DNA from: an uncultured Erysipelotrichia bacterium | Lineage (GTDB): Bacteria; Bacillota_I; Bacilli_A; CAYWJS01 | Direction: 5' to 3' | Length of the DNA: 64,000 nucleotides | Assembly (NCBI GenBank): GCA_964458855.1 | Contig: CAYWJS010000001.1 | Location: 6,906-70,905, forward strand | Shown here: piece by piece, positions 53,345-61,325 of the stretch | How positions within the stretch are numbered: position 1 is the first letter of the stretch | How the letters are laid out: every line of letters begins with the position of its first letter | Notes under the pieces: generated by a model | The model's database searches: none | What the model saw: only the letters and a program-made list of their open reading frames with translations | Told to the model about the DNA's origin: nothing | Made by a program: the position numbers and the translations under genes

Positions 53345-53698
53345 CTACATCACATAGGTATAGTTATTTTCTCCATTATTTGTTAGTTTTACAACTTCAG
53401 TTTTAGGATCTAGTATCTCATTTGTAATTGGGTTCTTAATTGGTTCAACTATCAAATTTGCTTGAATCAATTCATCAAGAGTGATTATATACGAATCTCC
53501 CTCATATGGTAGTTTATCACTGTTTATTATTGCATATTTTTGGGCAGCATTAACTATTAACTCCTTCTGTCTTTCTCAAACATTTATTTTGTTTTTTTCA
53601 ATAATGTAAAAAACAGAAGGAATTGCAATTGCAAGGATTATTCCCAGTACTACTATTACTGCTAAAAGTTCAATTAAAGTAAAAGCTTTTTTGCCCAA
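53345..53698 (-). pseudogene. prepilin-type (ComGC/pseudopilin-like) gene interrupted by an in-frame TGA
   Basis: TTG start after RBS GGAGGG. Encodes (M)GKKAFTLIELLAVIVVLGIILAIAIPSVFYIIEKNKINV-TGA-ERQKELIVNAAQKYAIINSD...TYVM in one frame (40 codons, TGA, 76 codons). Confidence 0.55.
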
Positions 53699-53744
53699 CT
53701 TGAACCCTCCCCTTATTAACATATTGTTTATCTTATAAATACGA

Positions 53745-53770
53745 AAACATAACCTAAAAGGTTATGCTTA
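53745..53770 (-). terminator. terminator after pgk (cataacc-taaaa-ggttatg)
   Basis: Hairpin directly 3' of the pgk stop. Confidence 0.55.
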
Positions 53771-54949
53771 TTTTTTTATTATTTCTACCCCAGGTAAAGG
53801 TTTGCCTTCTAAAATCATTAGTGAGGCACCTCCACCAGTAGAAATATGATCAAATTTTTCTTTGTATCCTGCTTGAATAGCTGCTGCAGCAGAATCTCCA
53901 CCGCCAATTACTGTAATTGCGTCTTCAAGATTTGCAAGTATTTCACAAATTGCATTTGTTCCTTTTGCAAAATTAGGAAATTCAAAAACTCCTACTGGTC
54001 CATTCCATACAACTGTTTTTGCATCTTTTAATATTTCTTTGAAAAGTTCAATTGTTTTTGGACCAATATCTAAAGCTTCTTCATCATCAAGAATTTCACT
54101 AATCCATGTATAACGATAATCTGCATCAGGAGAAAACTCTTTTGCAACTGCAACATCTACAGGGAGAACAATTTTATCATGACCTTTTTCTAACATTTCT
54201 TTTGCAAATTCTAATTTATCTTCTTCAAGAAGTGATTTACCAATATTATAACCTTTTGCTTTTAAGAATGTATAAGCAATTCCTCCACCAACTAAAATTT
54301 TGTCAGCCACTTTAACTAGGCTTTCAATAACACCTATTTTATCCCCAACTTTTGCGCCTCCTAATATTGCAACATATGGACGCTTTGGATTACTAATATT
54401 TTTATTATAGAAATTTATTTCTTTTTCAATTAGATAACCACTTACTGTTTCAAGGTGTTCACCTATTCCTACGTTTGAAGCATGACTACGGTGAGCTGTT
54501 CCAAAAGCATCATTAACAAAAATATCACCTAAACCTGCCCAATAACGTGCAAGTTCTGGATCGTTTCCAGATTCCTTTTTACCATCTAAGTCTTCAAAAC
54601 GTGTGTTTTCTACAAGTAATACATCTCCAGGTTGCATTTTATTTATTGCTTCTTCTAACTCCTTTCCTCTTGTGTGAGAAACAAAAATAACTTCTTTTCC
54701 TAAAAGTTCACTTAAACGGGGCACAACTATTCTTAAAGAATATTTTGCTCTATCTTCTTCACTTTTAGGTCTTCCTAAATGGGAAAAAATTATTGCTTTT
54801 CCACCATCTTCAATAACATGCTTAATAGTGGGAATTGATTCAACAATTCTTGTATCATCAGTTACTACTTCTCCTTGAAACGGTACATTTAAATCACAAC
54901 GAATAAGTACTTTTTTACCATTAAAGGATACATCTCTTACAGTTTTCAT
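53768..54949 (-). CDS. pgk: phosphoglycerate kinase
   Basis: 393 aa, canonical PGK. Confidence 0.95.
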   Translation of the reverse strand: MKTVRDVSFNGKKVLIRCDLNVPFQGEVVTDDTRIVESIPTIKHVIEDGGKAIIFSHLGRPKSEEDRAKYSLRIVVPRLSELLGKEVIFVSHTRGKELEEAINKMQPGDVLLVENTRFEDLDGKKESGNDPELARYWAGLGDIFVNDAFGTAHRSHASNVGIGEHLETVSGYLIEKEINFYNKNISNPKRPYVAILGGAKVGDKIGVIESLVKVADKILVGGGIAYTFLKAKGYNIGKSLLEEDKLEFAKEMLEKGHDKIVLPVDVAVAKEFSPDADYRYTWISEILDDEEALDIGPKTIELFKEILKDAKTVVWNGPVGVFEFPNFAKGTNAICEILANLEDAITVIGGGDSAAAAIQAGYKEKFDHISTGGGASLMILEGKPLPGVEIIKK

Positions 54950-54959
54950 AAAAACCCTC

Positions 54960-55967
54960 CTATCTATTAATTAAATATTTTGCTGTTCTGATAAGTTGTG
55001 CTGTATAACCCATTTCATTATCATACCAAGCAATTATTTTAACTAATTGTTTTCCATCAACGGCCATAACTTGTGTTGCATTAGCATCAAATAATGCTCC
55101 ATAAGTTGTACCAATTACATCACTTGAAACGATAGGATCCTCAGTATAACCTAATGTTTCATTTGCTTTTTCTTTAAATACTTTATTAATTTCTTCTTCT
55201 GTAACATTTTTCTTAAGTTGTACTGTTAAATCAACTACTGAACCAGTTATTACAGGAACACGAAGTGCAATACCATCAAGTCGACCTTTTAGTTCAGGCA
55301 TAACTTCACCAATTGCTGATGCTGCACCTGTAGATGTTGGAATAATATTTGCTGATGAAGTTCTTCCACGACGCGAATAAATTCCTTTTTTATGAGGTTT
55401 ATCTAATACAACTTGATCATTTGTAACAGCGTGTACTGTTGTCATAAATCCCTTTTCAATTCCAAACTCTTCATGTAATACTTTAACGATAGGTGCTAAA
55501 CAGTTAGTTGTACAACTTGCACCAGAAATAATTTCTTCATTACCATCTAAAATATTATGGTTAACATTATAAACGATAGTTTTTGCATTACCTTTAACTG
55601 ATGCTGAAACAATTACCTTTTTAGCACCTGCCTTAATATGTTTTCTCGCCCCTTCTTCTTTTGTAAAAACTCCTGTGCATTCTAATACTACATCTACCTC
55701 TAATTCTTTCCATGGTAAATTTTCTGGGTCTGCTTCTTTAAAAACTTTTATTTTCTTTCCATCAACTTCTAAATAATCTTCCCCAAATGAAATTGAGTCA
55801 GTTTGAAAAGTTCCTTGCACTGTGTCATATTTTAATAAATATGCAAGTGTTTCGGGATCAGTTAGATCATTAATTGCAACAACTTCAATATCTGGGTCAT
55901 CTTCAATTAAGCGGAATGCTAATTTTCCAATTCTTCCAAACCCATTAATTGCTAATTTTACAGCCAT
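54960..55967 (-). CDS. gap: glyceraldehyde-3-phosphate dehydrogenase
   Basis: 335 aa, NGFGRIGK Rossmann, active-site SCTTNC. Confidence 0.95.
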   Translation of the reverse strand: MAVKLAINGFGRIGKLAFRLIEDDPDIEVVAINDLTDPETLAYLLKYDTVQGTFQTDSISFGEDYLEVDGKKIKVFKEADPENLPWKELEVDVVLECTGVFTKEEGARKHIKAGAKKVIVSASVKGNAKTIVYNVNHNILDGNEEIISGASCTTNCLAPIVKVLHEEFGIEKGFMTTVHAVTNDQVVLDKPHKKGIYSRRGRTSSANIIPTSTGAASAIGEVMPELKGRLDGIALRVPVITGSVVDLTVQLKKNVTEEEINKVFKEKANETLGYTEDPIVSSDVIGTTYGALFDANATQVMAVDGKQLVKIIAWYDNEMGYTAQLIRTAKYLINR

Positions 55968-55993
55968 GTTATTCCTCCTATTCTTATTTATTA

Positions 55994-56009
55994 TACAATT
56001 TTAATTGTA
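55994..56009. promoter_or_regulatory. perfect 16-bp palindrome TACAATTTTAATTGTA in the divergent gap/clpP control region (candidate operator; overlaps a TATAAT -10 for gap)
   Basis: 7-bp inverted repeat with a 2-nt spacer, 27 nt upstream of the gap start codon. Confidence 0.35.
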
Positions 56010-56087
56010 TCAAATTAATCCTTTTTTGTCACATACTTAATTGCATAATTTTACCACTTGAAGTTTATGATATTTATAGGTGATAAG

Positions 56088-56666
56088 ATGAATTTAATTC
56101 CAACAGTTATTGAAAAGACAAATCAAGGTGAACGAGCTTATGATATTTATTCAAGACTTTTAAAAGAACGTATCATTATGTTAAATGGGCTTATTACTGA
56201 TGAGCTTGCAAATAGTATTGTTGCCCAACTTTTATTTTTGGATTCAGAAAACAATGATGATATTTATTTATATATTAATTCACCAGGTGGTTCAATTACA
56301 GCGGGAATGGCAATTCATGATACTATGCAGTATATAAGAAGTGATGTTTCTACAATTTGTATTGGTATTGCTGCTAGTATGGCTGCTTTTATTCTTTTAA
56401 GTGGAGCTAAAGGAAAAAGATTTATCTTGCCTAATTCTGAAGTGCTTATACATCAACCATTAGGAGGGGCAGAAGGGCAAGCAACAGAAATAAAAATTGC
56501 CGCTGAAAGAATATTGAAATTGAAAGCAAAAATTAATGAATTAATGTCACAATATACAGGGCAACCTGTAGAAAAAATTGAACAAGATACAGAAAGGGAT
56601 TATTTCTTAAATGCTAAAGAAGCATTAAAATATGGTATTGTTGATAAAATTATTACTAAAAAATAA
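56088..56666 (+). CDS. clpP: ATP-dependent Clp protease proteolytic subunit
   Basis: Ser-His-Asp triad context ([15 protein letters not shown]). Start trimmed to MNLIPTVIE with RBS AGGTGA. Confidence 0.9.
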   Translation: MNLIPTVIEKTNQGERAYDIYSRLLKERIIMLNGLITDELANSIVAQLLFLDSENNDDIYLYINSPGGSITAGMAIHDTMQYIRSDVSTICIGIAASMAAFILLSGAKGKRFILPNSEVLIHQPLGGAEGQATEIKIAAERILKLKAKINELMSQYTGQPVEKIEQDTERDYFLNAKEALKYGIVDKIITKK

Positions 56667-56692
56667 AAGGGAAATACTCCCTTTTATTTAAA
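56663..56692. terminator. bidirectional terminator (aaggga-aatac-tccctt)
   Basis: Serves clpP (+) and whiA (-). Confidence 0.6.
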
Positions 56693-57619
56693 TCTTTTTG
56701 CTATTTTAGCAATTTTATTAAATCTGTGACTAAGTCCTGATTTAGTAATTGGTGTTTTTGTTTCCTTGGAAATTATTTCACTTAATTCTTTTAAAGAAGC
56801 ATCTTCATAACGAAGTCTTAAAACTGCTGCTTCTTTTAATTTATCATCAAGTGAATTTAATCCAATATGTTCTTCAATTAAGTGAATATTTTTTATCTGG
56901 TTTTGAGCTGCTTCCATACTTTTTTCAATATTTGCTTGTTCACAGTTGTTAAGTCTATTAGTCATATTTTTATGATCACGGTAAATTCTAATATCTTCAA
57001 AGTATAAAAGCGCATTACTTGCATTTATAACTCGCAAGAAATCACTTATTTTTTCTGCTTCTTTAATATAAACAACGTATCCTTTTTTTCTTCTTATAAC
57101 TTTTGCATTTAAGTCATACGAATTCATTAATTCTTTAATAAATTCAGCCAAACTCTCATCATCTACAGTAATTTCTTGATGATATCTGGATGTTTTTGGA
57201 TCATTAATTGAACCACTTGCTAAAAATGCACCTCGTAAATATGCACTTTTATTTTCACCATCATCAACAATATATTCCTTTGGAACGGAATTTAAGATTA
57301 GGTGTCCATCAGAAATTGATAAATCACTTAAAATTTTTTCAACATCTTTATCAATACGAACAATATAAATATTTTTCTTATTTAAATTAACTTTTTTCTT
57401 TGTTAAAAGAGTTGGGGTAATATTATATTTATTTTTAACTAAAATAAAGACGTGTCTCGCAATTGCAGCATTTTCTGTTTTTATATCAATAAGAGACACA
57501 CCTTTACTAAATACTAATGAGCCATTAATTCTAATAATTGCTGAAAGTTGTGCTAGCATAGCTGTTTCTGAAATATCTAATTTAACTATTTCGTTTTTTA
57601 CTTCTTGTGCAAACGACAT
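56684..57619 (-). CDS. whiA: DNA-binding protein WhiA
   Basis: 311 aa, LAGLIDAG-like domains and C-terminal HTH; downstream of yvcK as in Firmicutes. Confidence 0.85.
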   Translation of the reverse strand: MSFAQEVKNEIVKLDISETAMLAQLSAIIRINGSLVFSKGVSLIDIKTENAAIARHVFILVKNKYNITPTLLTKKKVNLNKKNIYIVRIDKDVEKILSDLSISDGHLILNSVPKEYIVDDGENKSAYLRGAFLASGSINDPKTSRYHQEITVDDESLAEFIKELMNSYDLNAKVIRRKKGYVVYIKEAEKISDFLRVINASNALLYFEDIRIYRDHKNMTNRLNNCEQANIEKSMEAAQNQIKNIHLIEEHIGLNSLDDKLKEAAVLRLRYEDASLKELSEIISKETKTPITKSGLSHRFNKIAKIAKRFK

Positions 57620-57643
57620 ATTACCACCATCTCTTTTTTTATT

Positions 57644-58639
57644 TTATCCTATAATGTGTGTATAAATTGTAGCAGCAAGTTTTAAAGGATTGTGGCGAAT
57701 ATAACCATCTTCTTCAATTTCAATAAAATCACCTTTTATAATTTCAATAGGCATTCCTTCTAATTCTTTAGTTATTACTACTACATTAGATCCTTCTTTT
57801 TGGTATTTTTTAAGAATTTTGGGAGGAATTGGACCAATATTTACTACTACAGAATCAAGAAAAGGTGCTCCCATATGTTTATATAATGCATCAATAAAAT
57901 CTTTTACGGTATAACCATCTGTTTCCCCTGGTTCCGTCATGACATTGCAAACATACATTTTATGGGCCCGTGAAGAAAGAAGAGCTTTTTTCATATCTGT
58001 TGCAATAAAAGTTGGAATTATGCTTGTATATAAACTTCCTATTCCTAAAATTATTACATCTGCTTCCATAATTGCATCAATTGCCCTTCCAACCGTTTTC
58101 GGTTCTTTTTTATATGAAATATAATCTATTTTTTTTCTTGCTTTTGCAATATTAGATTCACCTTCAACAATTGTTCCATCAGTCATATGAGCAACCAATG
58201 TTACTTGTTCTTCAGTGCTTGGAAGAATTGTTCCTTTAACGTTAAAAACTTTTCCTAAAGAATCAACCGCATCAACTAAATTTCCTGTAATATCAAGCAT
58301 AGCTGTAAGAAGAAGGTTCCCTGTTGGATGACCATTTAAATCAGAATTTGTTTTAAAACGATATTGTAACAGTTGTTGAACCAATGGTTCAACATTTGAT
58401 AAAGATACTAAAACATTACGAAGATCACCAATTGCTGGAATTGAAAATTCACGTCTTAATTTTCCTGTTGACCCTCCGTCATCAGCAACTGTTACAATTG
58501 CTGTGATATCAAGGGGAAAATGTTTTAATCCACTAAGTAGTCTTGAAAGACCTGTTCCGCCACCTAAAACTACTACTTTAGGTAGATTTTTCATTTTAAC
58601 ACTCCTCACTTCAAACTTACTTTTCAAGTATCTCTTCAT
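57644..58639 (-). CDS. yvcK: gluconeogenesis factor / UPF0052 (YvcK, CofD-like)
   Basis: 331 aa, VVVLGGGTGLSRLLSGLK N-terminus. Confidence 0.8.
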   Translation of the reverse strand: MKRYLKSKFEVRSVKMKNLPKVVVLGGGTGLSRLLSGLKHFPLDITAIVTVADDGGSTGKLRREFSIPAIGDLRNVLVSLSNVEPLVQQLLQYRFKTNSDLNGHPTGNLLLTAMLDITGNLVDAVDSLGKVFNVKGTILPSTEEQVTLVAHMTDGTIVEGESNIAKARKKIDYISYKKEPKTVGRAIDAIMEADVIILGIGSLYTSIIPTFIATDMKKALLSSRAHKMYVCNVMTEPGETDGYTVKDFIDALYKHMGAPFLDSVVVNIGPIPPKILKKYQKEGSNVVVITKELEGMPIEIIKGDFIEIEEDGYIRHNPLKLAATIYTHIIG

Positions 58640-59069
58640 ATCTTGAAATAATTCTTGATGGGTGGTAGACCTGAATTCCCATTCTTTCTACCTTTTTTAA
58701 AATATCATGATGGTCATCAATTAAAACAACATCTTCATAATTTAAATTTAATTTTTCAAGTATTTTTTCTAATTCACTTGCTTTATCAGCAACTGGATAT
58801 TTTATATAATAACGGTTCTCTTTTTTTACTGGAAAATATTTATCAAGCCACTCATCTTTTTCTTGAATTGCACGTTCATTTGGTGCTGCTGATATTATAT
58901 AATATTCATCATTTTCATAAAGTTTTTTTATTGCATCAAGTACTATCTTAACTGGTCTTTTACTTATATACATATTAAATACCTTACTATAATCTTCAAT
59001 AATTATTTTATCATTAGGTCCTTTGTATTCTGCTATTGTTCCATCCATATCAATAAAAATATGTTTCAT
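58617..59069 (-). CDS. small HAD-superfamily phosphatase (5'(3')-deoxyribonucleotidase-like)
   Basis: 150 aa, motif I FIDMDGT, overlaps yvcK start by 23 nt; occupies the position usually held by rapZ (yvcJ). Confidence 0.5.
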   Translation of the reverse strand: MKHIFIDMDGTIAEYKGPNDKIIIEDYSKVFNMYISKRPVKIVLDAIKKLYENDEYYIISAAPNERAIQEKDEWLDKYFPVKKENRYYIKYPVADKASELEKILEKLNLNYEDVVLIDDHHDILKKVERMGIQVYHPSRIISRYEEILEK

Positions 59070-59141
59070 TTTTCCACCTCATCATCTATTATTATATATA
59101 TTTTATTATACAACAAATTAGCCCTAGAAAAAATAATACCA

Positions 59142-60062
59142 TTATAATGTTTCTATATATTTTTGGGCATTAATAGCTGCAATAGCACCATCATTAATAG
59201 CTGTTACAATTTGCCTTAAATCTTTTTCAATCACATCCCCTACTGCATAAATTCCAGGAATATTTGTTTCCATCTTGTGATTTACCTTAATATATCCTTG
59301 TTCATTCAAAATACCTAGATTTAAGCAAAACTCAGTTGCTGGAATTGCCCCAATAAAAATAAAGCATCCTGATACTTTTAATGTGCTTATTTGTTCAGTT
59401 TTTGTATTTTTTAATTTTAATTCAGTAAGTTTATTTTCATCCCCTAAAAACTCTAACACTACAGTATCGTAAAGAACTGTTATTTTTTCATTTTTTAAAA
59501 CTTTTTCTTGTATACTTTCTTCCCCACGAAATTCATCACGACGATGAATTAAATAAACATGATTTACTATATTAGAAAGATATAAAGCCTCTTCTAAGGC
59601 ACTATTTCCGCCTCCAATAACAGCAACATCTTTACCTGCATAAAGTTTACCATCACAAATTGCACACCAACTAATACCACGTCCAGTATATTCTGCCTCT
59701 CCTTTTACTTCTAATTTTTTTGGTGTTGTTCCTGTTGCAATTATTACAGCTTTTGCTTTTATCTCTTCGGTTTCTGTTTTTATTATTTTATAAGGGGGTT
59801 CATTAACTATTTCTTTTACATCACCAAAAATATAATTAACACCGGCTTTTTCTAATTGCTCATACATTTTAAATGCAAGCGTTGTTCCTTCAACCAAAGA
59901 AAAACCAGGATAATTTTCAATGCATGCAGTCATATTCATTTTCCCACCAGGAATATTTTTTTCAATAATTAAAGTTTTTAAATTAGCACGTACTGCATAA
60001 AGTCCAGCAGTCATTCCCGCAGGTCCTGAACCAATAATTGCAATATCATACACATTTTCCAT
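59142..60062 (-). CDS. trxB: thioredoxin-disulfide reductase
   Basis: FAD motif IIGSGPAG, redox CAIC, NADPH GGGNSA. Start trimmed to MENVYDIAIIG with RBS GGAGG. Confidence 0.9.
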   Translation of the reverse strand: MENVYDIAIIGSGPAGMTAGLYAVRANLKTLIIEKNIPGGKMNMTACIENYPGFSLVEGTTLAFKMYEQLEKAGVNYIFGDVKEIVNEPPYKIIKTETEEIKAKAVIIATGTTPKKLEVKGEAEYTGRGISWCAICDGKLYAGKDVAVIGGGNSALEEALYLSNIVNHVYLIHRRDEFRGEESIQEKVLKNEKITVLYDTVVLEFLGDENKLTELKLKNTKTEQISTLKVSGCFIFIGAIPATEFCLNLGILNEQGYIKVNHKMETNIPGIYAVGDVIEKDLRQIVTAINDGAIAAINAQKYIETL

Positions 60063-60063
60063 T

Positions 60064-60861
60064 TTATTTTCCTCCAACATTATAAAATTCATCATAAATT
60101 TTCTTTTTCCTTTTAAAATACCAAATTATTACTGAAAAAACTATTATAAGAAGAGATACAAGTTGTGCAACTTTTATATCAAAGAGCATCAAACTATCTG
60201 TTCTAAACCCTTCGATAAAAAATCTTCCTACTGAATACCAAATTAAGTAAAGAAGAATAGTTTCTCCTAATTTTGTTTTATTTCTTTTGCGAAAATTAAT
60301 TAAGACAAAAAAACCTATTAAATTAAAAAGTGACTCATATAAAAATGTTGGGTGATGATAATTTCCACCAATAAACATTCCCTCAATAATAAAATCAGGA
60401 ATAAGTAAAGATTCTAAAAATGTACGCGATACAACTATACCATATGCTTCTTGATTAAAAAAGTTCCCCCATCTTCCTATTGCTTGCGCAAGAATAATAC
60501 TTGGGGCAGCAATATCTAAGATTCGGGGAATGTTAACATTATGTTTTTTACAATAATAAATACCAAAAATAAAGGCAAAAAGAAGAGCGCCATGAATGGC
60601 AAGACCACCTTCCCAAATATAAAAAATGCTTAATAAGTTATCTTTATAAAGATCAAAATTAAAAATTACATAATAAAGTCTAGCACCAATTAAAGCAAAG
60701 GGGAAAGTAAAGAATGCTAAATCATAAATAAAATCTTCACTAATATTATATTTTTTGGCTTCCCGAATTGCAGTAATTATTCCAGCTAGAAGTCCTAAAA
60801 ATATAAAAAGTGAATACCAATATATTTTAAGAGGACCTAGTTCAAGAGCAATTCTACTCAT
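60064..60861 (-). CDS. lgt: prolipoprotein diacylglyceryl transferase
   Basis: 265 aa, Lgt signature GRWGNFFNQEAYG, 7 TM. Confidence 0.9.
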   Translation of the reverse strand: MSRIALELGPLKIYWYSLFIFLGLLAGIITAIREAKKYNISEDFIYDLAFFTFPFALIGARLYYVIFNFDLYKDNLLSIFYIWEGGLAIHGALLFAFIFGIYYCKKHNVNIPRILDIAAPSIILAQAIGRWGNFFNQEAYGIVVSRTFLESLLIPDFIIEGMFIGGNYHHPTFLYESLFNLIGFFVLINFRKRNKTKLGETILLYLIWYSVGRFFIEGFRTDSLMLFDIKVAQLVSLLIIVFSVIIWYFKRKKKIYDEFYNVGGK

Positions 60862-61325
60862 GATTTTACCTTAATTACTTCTTTTATATTATAAGTTGGT
60901 GAAATAATTACAGCAATTAGAATATAAATCCAAATGTTTAAAATATTAAATGAACTTGCAAAAAGAACATCTAAACCTAATAATATTAAAATTCCAAAAA
61001 CTATTTGCATCCCCTTCATTGCAATATGTGCTAAACCTATAATTAAGTAAAATAAAATGTCTTTTTCTTCTTTCTTTGTATCTTCAATAATTTTTGCAAA
61101 GTGATTTAACAATGGAGAGATTAAAAAGTTTATAAGTTTCATAACAAAATAAATCACTAAACCTGTAAGTATTAATATTGAATATTTTTCAAAATATAAG
61201 TCTTCAGTAATCAAACTTATAATAAATAAAATTAAAATGGTTGCAATACTTGATACAATATGGCTTATTACTGAAAAAGAATTAAATTTTTTCATATTCT
61301 CTCCTCCAATTATTTTATAATACAT
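60858..61325 (-). CDS. hypothetical small membrane protein
   Basis: 155 aa, 4 predicted TM; overlaps lgt start and uvrA stop. Confidence 0.45.
   Translation of the reverse strand: MYYKIIGGENMKKFNSFSVISHIVSSIATILILFIISLITEDLYFEKYSILILTGLVIYFVMKLINFLISPLLNHFAKIIEDTKKEEKDILFYLIIGLAHIAMKGMQIVFGILILLGLDVLFASSFNILNIWIYILIAVIISPTYNIKEVIKVKS

Noticed and set aside
53345-53698. In-frame TGA in a pilin gene as evidence for Mollicutes-type genetic code 4 (TGA=Trp)
   Set aside because: Long ORFs across the window (886-aa ATPase, 694-aa RNase R, UvrA) are intact under the standard code, and their Trp residues are TGG. A code-4 genome would fragment them. The TGA is a local lesion.
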